This document shows positions 56,827 to 64,000 of a stretch of DNA of 64,000 nucleotides, in pieces. The stretch comes from an uncultured Acidobacteriota bacterium (GTDB lineage Bacteria > Acidobacteriota > UBA6911), in NCBI GenBank assembly GCA_963809485.1, contig CAWEJX010000001.1, positions 480,001-544,000 of the forward strand, read 5' to 3'. Made by a program: the position numbers and the translations under genes. How positions within the stretch are numbered: the first letter of the stretch is position 1; every line of letters starts with the position of its first letter. Under the pieces are notes generated by a model that was not told the DNA's origin, searched no databases, and worked only from the letters and a program-made list of their open reading frames with translations.

Positions 56827-57600
56827 TCACACTCCCCACCCGCCGCTGATCTGAATATTGGCCCCGTTGACATAGCGCGCCTGGTCCGACAGCAGATAGT
56901 TCACCGCCCCGAGAGCATCTTCCGGGCTGCCAACGTAGCCGGCTGGTATGTTTTGAAATGACTGCGCCATCTCCTCTCGAGACACGCTGCCGGTTTCGAG
57001 GAAACCCGGGGAGATCGAATTCACAGTAATGCTATGGGGAGCGAGAACTTTAGCCAGGGAACGTGTCAGCACAAGTACACCGATTTTGGCGATGTAGTGG
57101 GCCGTGATGTAGGGCTGGCCCGCCTGCTGGCCGGCATTGACCATGCTGAAATTGATGATCCGCCCCCATCCCCGCCGGATCATGCCGGGAGATACGGCCC
57201 GGCATAGATAGAAAACAGGGTGAAGATTGTTGTCGAACATGTAATGCCAGCCCTTGACGCTCTCCTCCATCAGCGGGATACGGCGATAAGCGCCGACACA
57301 GTTGATGAGAGCATCGATGCGGCCGTATCGTTCCTCAACCCGGTGAACCAGGCTCTCCGCAAGTCCGTGCTCGGACACGTCCGCTTGCACGATCAGCGCC
57401 TGGGCGCCCGCCGCGCCCAGCTCCTGCTCGAGGGATTGAGCTTCAGGTGCGCTCTTCCGATAACAGGCTGCGACAAACCATCCCCGGCGCGCTAGACTTA
57501 CCGAGATTGCCCTGCCGATGCCCCTCACGCCCCCTGCCACCAGCGCTACGCGGGATCCCGCTCCGGATTCGCCAAGTATGCCGTTGTTTATCTCTGCCAC
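56827..57600 (-). CDS. Short-chain dehydrogenase/reductase (FabG-like)
   Basis: GGVRGIG, YIAKIG (YxxxK-like), VNSISPG and YVNG. Confidence 0.88.
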   Translation of the reverse strand: MAEINNGILGESGAGSRVALVAGGVRGIGRAISVSLARRGWFVAACYRKSAPEAQSLEQELGAAGAQALIVQADVSEHGLAESLVHRVEERYGRIDALINCVGAYRRIPLMEESVKGWHYMFDNNLHPVFYLCRAVSPGMIRRGWGRIINFSMVNAGQQAGQPYITAHYIAKIGVLVLTRSLAKVLAPHSITVNSISPGFLETGSVSREEMAQSFQNIPAGYVGSPEDALGAVNYLLSDQARYVNGANIQISGGWGV

Positions 57601-57603
57601 GCT

Positions 57604-59361
57604 TCATCTCCGATGCTTGTTCCTATCCAACCCGTTCTGCTTACCGGTGTAGAGATAGCGTTTGACCTTTTTGGTCGTAGTTTTCTCCAGCTCTTCATGA
57701 CTCACCATGAGCTTCGTTACCCGCTTGTAGGTTGCCAGATTCTGACACCGCTCCTTCACTTCCTTCCGGATAATGCCCTCGATCCGGCTCATCTCTGCCT
57801 CTCCTGCCGTTCCCTGCCGCTGTGCGCTGAAGTAATCCATGTTGGGAACTACAATGGCTTCTATGGCAGGATCACGTCCCGGCTCATCCGTTCCTTCACC
57901 CCAAACCAGGCATTCGGAGATGCAGGGAGACTTGAGGATTTCCGCTTCCACCTCCTCCGGGTATATCTTCTTGCCGGCCGGTGTGACAATGACGGACTTC
58001 TTACGGCCATGAATGTAGAGGAATCCTTCATCGTCCAGATAGCCCAGATCGCCCGTATGGAGCCAGCCGTCCTCCAAAGCTTCCCGCGTTGCATCGGGAT
58101 TGTTGTAATAGCCTTTCATGATATTGGGACCGCGCGCCAGAATCTCGCCGTCCTCAGCTATCCTGACCTCGACACTTGGCAGCGGCAGCCCGGCCGCGTC
58201 ATCCCTGAAGGCTCCGGTCCTGTTGACGGCAATAATCGGCGCAGATTCCGTCAATCCATATCCCTGAAGGAAAATTATGCCCAACTCCCGAAAGCCCCTC
58301 GCGACCGCGGGATCGATGGCGGCACCCCCGGATATCAAAATGCGTAGGTGGCCGCCCAGCTTCTGGTGCACTTTGGCAAAGACCAACCGGCGAATATTCA
58401 GTCTCAGAGTCTTTTCCAGGAAGGCAGCCGCTGCTTTGGCCGCATTGACCTTCCACAGTCCTTTTTCCGCCATGGCGGATTCGATCTTTTTGTAAATTGC
58501 ATGCCAGAGGATCGGCACTCCGAGCACAGCGGTAGAGCGAGTTTCAGCCAGGTTCTCCGCGAACCGGCGGAGGTTTTCGGCATAGGAGGTTGTCGCGCCC
58601 AGATAGATCGCCAGGAGAAATCCGTCGGTGCACTCATAGCTGTGATGGATGGGCAAAACCGATAAAAACCTGTCTTCTGTGCGGAGGTCCACCCACCGCA
58701 CGGCATCCACGAGATTGCAGGCAACGTTTGCATGGGTCAGCAGGACGCCTTTGGAGTTGCCCATCGTCCCTGACGTAAAAAGAATCGAGAGGAGATGATC
58801 CTCGGACACCGTGCGCTCGTTGAAGTCGTTCTTCCCTGAACGGATCCGCTCCTGTCCTAATCGCTTCACTTCGGAAAAGCTGAGGACTCCTGCCAGGGGG
58901 CGGATTTCGTCCATGTTCATAGCATGAGTGAGCCCGGGCAATTTCCCGCGCAAGCCCAGGATCATCTCCATATGCTTATCGTCGCCGATCAGGGCCTGGG
59001 CGCCCGAAAGGACGAGGATGTTATACACCTCGGTTGCTTTCAGGTCCCTGTCAATGGGAACGCAGACTATCCCCGTGCATGCTGCAGCCAGGTAGGACAC
59101 TGCCCATTCCGGCCGGTTGTCGCCGACGATTGCCAGTTTGCTCAGGGACGGCTGCAATCCCAGGGCAGCAAATCCGCAGGCCGTGTTCTGGACTTCATCG
59201 TAAAGCTCTCGAAAGGTGATTGACTCCCAGTTCCCGGATTTCTTGTGTTGCAGCGCAATCTTGTCGCCAAATTTACGGGTGCTTTTCAGGAACATGTCCC
59301 GTATGTCGGAAATGGGCTCCGATGGATTGGCCGGATATCTACCTTTCATACCCGCAGACAT
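57604..59361 (-). CDS. Long-chain fatty acid-CoA ligase (AMP-binding)
   Basis: FTSGTMGNSKG, QGYGLTE, GWLHTGDLG and GKKIYPEE. Start taken at ATG 59361. Confidence 0.88.
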   Translation of the reverse strand: MSAGMKGRYPANPSEPISDIRDMFLKSTRKFGDKIALQHKKSGNWESITFRELYDEVQNTACGFAALGLQPSLSKLAIVGDNRPEWAVSYLAAACTGIVCVPIDRDLKATEVYNILVLSGAQALIGDDKHMEMILGLRGKLPGLTHAMNMDEIRPLAGVLSFSEVKRLGQERIRSGKNDFNERTVSEDHLLSILFTSGTMGNSKGVLLTHANVACNLVDAVRWVDLRTEDRFLSVLPIHHSYECTDGFLLAIYLGATTSYAENLRRFAENLAETRSTAVLGVPILWHAIYKKIESAMAEKGLWKVNAAKAAAAFLEKTLRLNIRRLVFAKVHQKLGGHLRILISGGAAIDPAVARGFRELGIIFLQGYGLTESAPIIAVNRTGAFRDDAAGLPLPSVEVRIAEDGEILARGPNIMKGYYNNPDATREALEDGWLHTGDLGYLDDEGFLYIHGRKKSVIVTPAGKKIYPEEVEAEILKSPCISECLVWGEGTDEPGRDPAIEAIVVPNMDYFSAQRQGTAGEAEMSRIEGIIRKEVKERCQNLATYKRVTKLMVSHEELEKTTTKKVKRYLYTGKQNGLDRNKHRR

Positions 59362-59440
59362 GCAGTTTGTTCCTCGGGCTATGTTTTCCGCCTGCAGTTC
59401 AATTCCCACGACGCGGCGGCCGGCCCCCAAGCCCCGGCTG

Positions 59441-60097
59441 TCAGTTGAAATGCGGATTCTCGGGCTTGATATGTTCGAATCTGCGAACCAGCACAAGAGT
59501 TTCGAGCTGCTGCTGAAGGACCGGTATTAGCACATCGCATCGCCGGGACGCGTCGTCCAATTCGAGCAATTCCTGTTTCTGTTCTATGGGAAGGTTCAGT
59601 GTCATGGCCACCATATTGACAAGCGATTCAAAATCCAGTTGAGGCATAAGTTCCAGCGCATGCTGTTTGACGCCGGTTGCCAGCTCCGTGAATCGGGCAA
59701 AGAGGCTTGCTAAATGATTGTGGCGCCTTATGATATCGGGTGAACGCTCATCGCAGGATACTTCCTCCATCTTCTCAACTTCCACTATGCGGTAGGGCGA
59801 ATGCTGAACTTCGCGGACATAGCGTACGCGGTGGATCCCCACTACAACGATGTTGAATTTACCGTCTTCCAGCTCTTCATAGGTCTCGATTTTCCCCAGG
59901 CAGGCCACATCATGCACCGCGGAAACGCTGCTGTAGCTCGATTCCGAACCCGTCCGCAACAGGGCGATGACGAGTTCTCCGTTCCCGGCAATAGCCTCAC
60001 GAATCATGGTTCGGTACCTCTCCTCGAAAATGTAGAGAGGCACCGGGGTTTTGGGAAACAATACCACGTTGGGCAAAGGAAAAAGTGGCACAATCAT
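59441..60097 (-). CDS. LON peptidase substrate-binding domain protein
   Basis: MIVPLFPLPNVVLFP...PLYIFEERYRTM, EDGKFNI and KQELLE. Confidence 0.88.
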   Translation of the reverse strand: MIVPLFPLPNVVLFPKTPVPLYIFEERYRTMIREAIAGNGELVIALLRTGSESSYSSVSAVHDVACLGKIETYEELEDGKFNIVVVGIHRVRYVREVQHSPYRIVEVEKMEEVSCDERSPDIIRRHNHLASLFARFTELATGVKQHALELMPQLDFESLVNMVAMTLNLPIEQKQELLELDDASRRCDVLIPVLQQQLETLVLVRRFEHIKPENPHFN

Positions 60098-60148
60098 TTC
60101 ATTCCGATATTATTCCGGGATTTCCGATCCGTCAACGTAAACCCGGCT

Positions 60149-60291
60149 TTAGCGGTTAGGGATTAGGGATTAGGGATTAGGGATTAGGATAATGCTGCAT
60201 CGATTATAGTGGCTGCCATTCATTCAGGAGCTTGCCGTCAACCGTACCGTTCTAATCCCTAATCCCTTATCACTAATCACTTATCCCTAAT
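60149..60291. repeat. Inverted heptamer-array element F, (TTAGGGA)n ... (CTAATCC)n, with a G-quadruplex motif
   Basis: Left arm 60149-60189 has GGG tracts at 60159, 60166, 60173 and 60180. Right arm 60252-60291. Confidence 0.88.
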
Positions 60292-60368
60292 TGCTATCCA
60301 CCACAGTTTGATACAATTGCCTGCGAAAGCCGGATTCCCGGGCTGCTTTCCATGGAGGCCATAAACAG

Positions 60369-61277
60369 GTGCGTTCGCTCCTTCTTCTTCTGGCTCGTCA
60401 GGAAGCTTTCAAAGACTTCGCACTGAAATTCAGGTTTTTCCGGAATACGGCATCCCGCTTCGTCGCAGGGGAAGTCCTCGAAGATGCCATAAAGGCTGTC
60501 CGTCAGGCCAATTTGCAGAAACTTCTCGGCACCCTGGACCTGTTGGGCGAAAACACTCTTTCCCCGCAGGACGCAACGGAGGAATGCCGGGAAATCATTG
60601 GACTCCTCGACAAAATCAGGGCCGAATCCATCAGTTGTAATGTCTCGATCAAGCTGACTCAGCTTGGCCTTGCCCTCGATCCGGCGTTCTGTCAAAAAAA
60701 TCTTATTTCGATCGCCGAACACGCGCGCGCCTGTGGCAATTTTGTCCGCGTGGATATGGAAGATAGCCCGTACACGCAAGCTACTCTGGATCTTGTGATC
60801 CGCGCCCACGAGCAATTCGGCAACGTGGGAACCGTGATCCAATCCTATCTTTACCGCAGCGAAGAGGACACGGCAAGGCTACTCAAAAAGCGCATACGCA
60901 TCCGGCTGGTGAAGGGCGCATACAAAGAACCGGAAAGCATCGCATTCCGCAGTAAAAAGGATACCGATGCAAATTTCATCAAACTGATGCAGATGCTTCT
61001 GACCAGCGGGGTCTACAACGCCATCGCCACCCACGATGAATCTATTATCCTGGCCACAAAGGAATTTGCACATTCACGAAGCATATCCAAGGAGGATTTT
61101 GAATTTCAGATGCTTTACGGGGTGCGGCGCGATCTTCAATTACAGCTCGCCCGTGAAGGTTATAACGTCCGCATCTATATCCCTTATGGCCGGAGCTGGT
61201 ATCCCTATTTTATGAGGCGGCTTGCCGAACGTCCGGCCAACGTGGCGTTTATCCTCCGGAACTTGTTTAAGGATTAG
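60369..61277 (+). CDS. putB: Monofunctional proline dehydrogenase
   Basis: RFVAGE, DLLGE, SIKLTQLG, RVDMED, RLVKGAYKE, ATHD, FQMLYG and YFMRRLAERP. Confidence 0.92.
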   Translation: MRSLLLLLARQEAFKDFALKFRFFRNTASRFVAGEVLEDAIKAVRQANLQKLLGTLDLLGENTLSPQDATEECREIIGLLDKIRAESISCNVSIKLTQLGLALDPAFCQKNLISIAEHARACGNFVRVDMEDSPYTQATLDLVIRAHEQFGNVGTVIQSYLYRSEEDTARLLKKRIRIRLVKGAYKEPESIAFRSKKDTDANFIKLMQMLLTSGVYNAIATHDESIILATKEFAHSRSISKEDFEFQMLYGVRRDLQLQLAREGYNVRIYIPYGRSWYPYFMRRLAERPANVAFILRNLFKD

Positions 61278-61286
61278 GGGGGAGAT

Positions 61287-61712
61287 ATGGAGGAATCCGT
61301 ACTTGTCTGCACACAGTGCGGCACCAAAAACCGACTGAAAATAGCCACCGCAGATCAGGTTCCCGTCTGCGGCAAATGCCGGCACGCATTGCCCTGGATC
61401 ATCACCGGCACCGATATCAGCTTCCGCAGAGAGCTCGAGACATCCACACCGGTTCTGGTCGACTTCTGGGCCGAATGGTGCGCTCCATGCCGCATAACGG
61501 CGCCCGTGCTGGAGGACCTTGCCCGGGACAAAGCCGGGCAAATAAAAATCGTCAAGGTGAATGTGGACCACAATCCGGCGACGGCGGAACAGTTCAACAT
61601 CCGGAGCATTCCCACGCTGATCCTGTTTAAAAACGGCCAGGCTGTGGAAACTCTAGTCGGAGCTATGTCCAAAGATGCGCTCCTGGAGCGCCTGGGCGGT
61701 CATCTGGCCTGA
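61287..61712 (+). CDS. trxC: Thioredoxin with N-terminal Zn finger
   Basis: CTQC..NR...CGKC, DFWAEWCAPC and RSIPT. Confidence 0.88.
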   Translation: MEESVLVCTQCGTKNRLKIATADQVPVCGKCRHALPWIITGTDISFRRELETSTPVLVDFWAEWCAPCRITAPVLEDLARDKAGQIKIVKVNVDHNPATAEQFNIRSIPTLILFKNGQAVETLVGAMSKDALLERLGGHLA

Positions 61713-61832
61713 TGATGCCGATTCATGCAGGGAGCGGCATGCGGCCTGCGATCCGGGCTTTGCGATGGGTCCCCGGCTCATCGCGGGAGCCATCCGGCTG
61801 CAGACCCGGCTGGATTCTTCGGCTATAAGTTC

Positions 61833-62702
61833 CTATAGTGTTTCTTCCCAGAGATCCGCTTCGTAGGCGATCCTGGCTTCTCCCTCCAGGAACACATCCT
61901 TGAATTGGATCGCTTCCGGCTGCTGGGCCGATCGCACAAGATCGAAATAAATGATCAAATCTTCACCGCTGCGCGTGCGCACCTCAACTGGGGATTGGAC
62001 CCGGTTTCGCACGGCGGATATGAGCGTAGACGCAATCGCTCCGGTACCGCATGCCAGAGTTTCGCCTTCGACGCCGCGTTCGTAGGTTCGCACCAGGATG
62101 TGGCGCGCATCGTGCACATATACGAAATTTGCGTTTGTGCCTGCGGGCTGAAAGTGCGGGTCAAACCGGATCGCCCGCCCCCAGCCGTCGACATCGGCGG
62201 ATTCCAACTCCCGTGCGTTTTGCGCGAACCAGACCGCATGAGGTACGCCCGTATTGACAAAATCAAGGTCGAAGGAGCGTCCGTCCGCCTCCAGACGGAT
62301 GTCCGTCCGCAGGCTGTGAGGCCGGGTCATTTGGACCTTGACCTTCGCGCCCGAAATTTCAGCCTTGATAATTCCGGCCAGCGTGCGGAACGCCATGCTC
62401 GGCCGGGAGACAATTCCCGTGCGGTATGCGAACCGCGCCGCACAGCGGGCGCCGTTGCCGCACATCTCAGCCTCACTGGCATCGGCGTTGAAGAAACGCC
62501 ATTTGAAATCGACCTCGGGATCGTTTTCAATCAGTATCATCCCGTCGGCACCCACGGAGAGCTTGTGGCGGCAAGCCTGTCGAACCAGGTCCCGGCAATT
62601 GTCCGCGTCGATAATGCCTTCCCTGTTGTCGATCAGGATGAAATCGTTGCCGGTGCCGGTCATCTTGAAAAAGTGAATTCGTTGTTCCGTCCCTCGAGTC
62701 AT
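61833..62702 (-). CDS. dapF: Diaminopimelate epimerase
   Basis: KM.G.GNDF, GADG, EMCGNGARC, GVPH and RTYERGVEGETLACGTG. Confidence 0.95.
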   Translation of the reverse strand: MTRGTEQRIHFFKMTGTGNDFILIDNREGIIDADNCRDLVRQACRHKLSVGADGMILIENDPEVDFKWRFFNADASEAEMCGNGARCAARFAYRTGIVSRPSMAFRTLAGIIKAEISGAKVKVQMTRPHSLRTDIRLEADGRSFDLDFVNTGVPHAVWFAQNARELESADVDGWGRAIRFDPHFQPAGTNANFVYVHDARHILVRTYERGVEGETLACGTGAIASTLISAVRNRVQSPVEVRTRSGEDLIIYFDLVRSAQQPEAIQFKDVFLEGEARIAYEADLWEETL

Positions 62703-63970
62703 AAACGGGCTGCTCCCTGAATAAAATCGGGTATGGATTCGCCGCGGATGAGATCTTCCCAGGATTCGCGTTGCCTGATGACATGAACCCGGTTCCCATC
62801 GACCAGCACTTCGGCGGCGCGCGTCCTGGCGTTGTAGTTTGAGGCCATCGAAAAACCGTAGGCGCCGGCGCTCATTACCGCCAGCGCTTCCCCCGGCTGC
62901 ATCGCCGGCAGGCTGCGCTCGCGCGCCAGGAAATCCGAGGATTCGCAGATCGGGCCCACAACGTCCACGACCCGGGATTCCCGCTGCTGCCTGTGGACCG
63001 GCCGGATTTCATGATAGGCGCCGTACAGGCTGGGTCTTATCAGATCGTTCATTCCGGCATCCACGATTATGAATTCCTTGCTTTCCGTCTTCTTCGTGTA
63101 AAGGACCTGGGTCAGAAGTATGCCTGCATTTCCCACGATAACGCGTCCGGGCTCCAAGATCAGCCGACAAGGAAGGTCTCCGAGCTCCTGGACAATGGCC
63201 TGAGCGTACTCGCTGGGATGCGGCGGGGCCTCCTCATGATAGGGGATTCCCAGGCCTCCCCCCAGGTCCAGGCACTGGATGCGGATTCCAGCCTGCTCCA
63301 GGCGGCCAATAAGCACTTTCAGGCGTTTCAGCGCTTCGATGAAGGGAGCCGTTTCGGTCAATTGGCTGCCGATGTGGCAGTCAATTCCGAAAACGTCAAT
63401 GTGTTTCAGTTCTGCAGCCCTTGCGTAAGCCTTTAAGGCCTGCTCTATGTCTATCCCGAACTTGTTTTTCTTGAGCCCGGTCGAAATGTAGGGGTGCGTT
63501 TTGGGATCGACATCGGGATTTACCCGAAGGGCTATCCTTGCCTTTTTGTCCAGAACGGCAGCGCGGCTGTTGATGGCTTCAAGTTCCTGGGCGGACTCGA
63601 TGTTGAACATGAGGATTTCTTCGCGAAGAGCGTAGTCGATCTCAGCCTGCGTCTTTCCGACTCCGGAGTAGCAGATGCGATCCGCGGGAATGCCTGCCTG
63701 CCGCGCTCTGTAAAGCTCTCCCCCCGACACGATATCCGCGCCGCCGCCCATTTTGGCAAATAGGCCAAGGATGGCTATGCTGGCGTTTGCTTTCACCGAA
63801 TAGCAGGTCAGATGGGGCATGCCCTGGAAGGCTCCGTCGAAGACGCCGAAGTGATGCTTTAGAGTCGCGCAGCTGTAAACGTAAGATGGTGTCCCGACAC
63901 TCCGGACGATGTCCTGAAGCGAAACACCTTCGCAGTGCAGTTCATCTCCCTGGTAAGCGAAATGGTGCAT
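62699..63970 (-). CDS. lysA: Diaminopimelate decarboxylase
   Basis: YSVKAN, RVNPDVD..THPYISTG...KFG, HIGSQ, EPGR, GPICES.D and GAYG..M.SNYN. Confidence 0.96.
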   Translation of the reverse strand: MHHFAYQGDELHCEGVSLQDIVRSVGTPSYVYSCATLKHHFGVFDGAFQGMPHLTCYSVKANASIAILGLFAKMGGGADIVSGGELYRARQAGIPADRICYSGVGKTQAEIDYALREEILMFNIESAQELEAINSRAAVLDKKARIALRVNPDVDPKTHPYISTGLKKNKFGIDIEQALKAYARAAELKHIDVFGIDCHIGSQLTETAPFIEALKRLKVLIGRLEQAGIRIQCLDLGGGLGIPYHEEAPPHPSEYAQAIVQELGDLPCRLILEPGRVIVGNAGILLTQVLYTKKTESKEFIIVDAGMNDLIRPSLYGAYHEIRPVHRQQRESRVVDVVGPICESSDFLARERSLPAMQPGEALAVMSAGAYGFSMASNYNARTRAAEVLVDGNRVHVIRQRESWEDLIRGESIPDFIQGAARL

Positions 63971-64000
63971 GATGAATCTCTCCTTAATCTATCCCGTACC

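Noticed and set aside
30116-60291. Heptamer arrays as CRISPR arrays or eukaryotic telomere contamination
   Set aside because: There is no repeat-spacer periodicity and no cas gene. The units are 7 bp, short, and embedded between bacterial genes.

Overview
Bacterial chromosomal window, GC-rich and apparently from an anaerobe. The host is not identifiable from sequence alone; it may not be a classical deltaproteobacterium. 1-13.8 kb: anaerobic benzoyl-CoA degradation cluster on the minus strand: bamA/oah, had, dch, an HTH-GNAT regulator with a perfect 30-bp palindrome over its promoter, then the tungsten-dependent class II benzoyl-CoA reductase genes bamBCDEF(Sec)GH (bamH runs off the window). 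The rest is mostly housekeeping: pcrA, an APC permease, nfo, glgC, hisDCBHAFI, pepP, dinB, feoB plus a DtxR-family regulator, copA, a degenerate REC-HD-GYP protein, a ParB-like plus SplB-like pair, a CoA transferase, ald, ccp, an ALDH, a DUF72-imuB-dnaE2 cassette, hom, fadD, putB, trxC, dapF and lysA. Two non-coding structures are not explained by these genes. (i) A family of intergenic elements built from inverted arrays of 7-bp tandem repeats. One copy encloses a four-helix-bundle (IVP/Avd-like) gene, the others are empty, several abut DNA-repair or mutagenesis genes, and three supply a neighbouring gene's stop codon. (ii) An approximately 400-bp element with IS200/IS605-type end hairpins that carries a long nested palindrome instead of a transposase. 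Dense indels at about 11.76 kb and 16.6-19.1 kb look like sequencing or assembly errors. No rRNA, tRNA or CRISPR array was seen.
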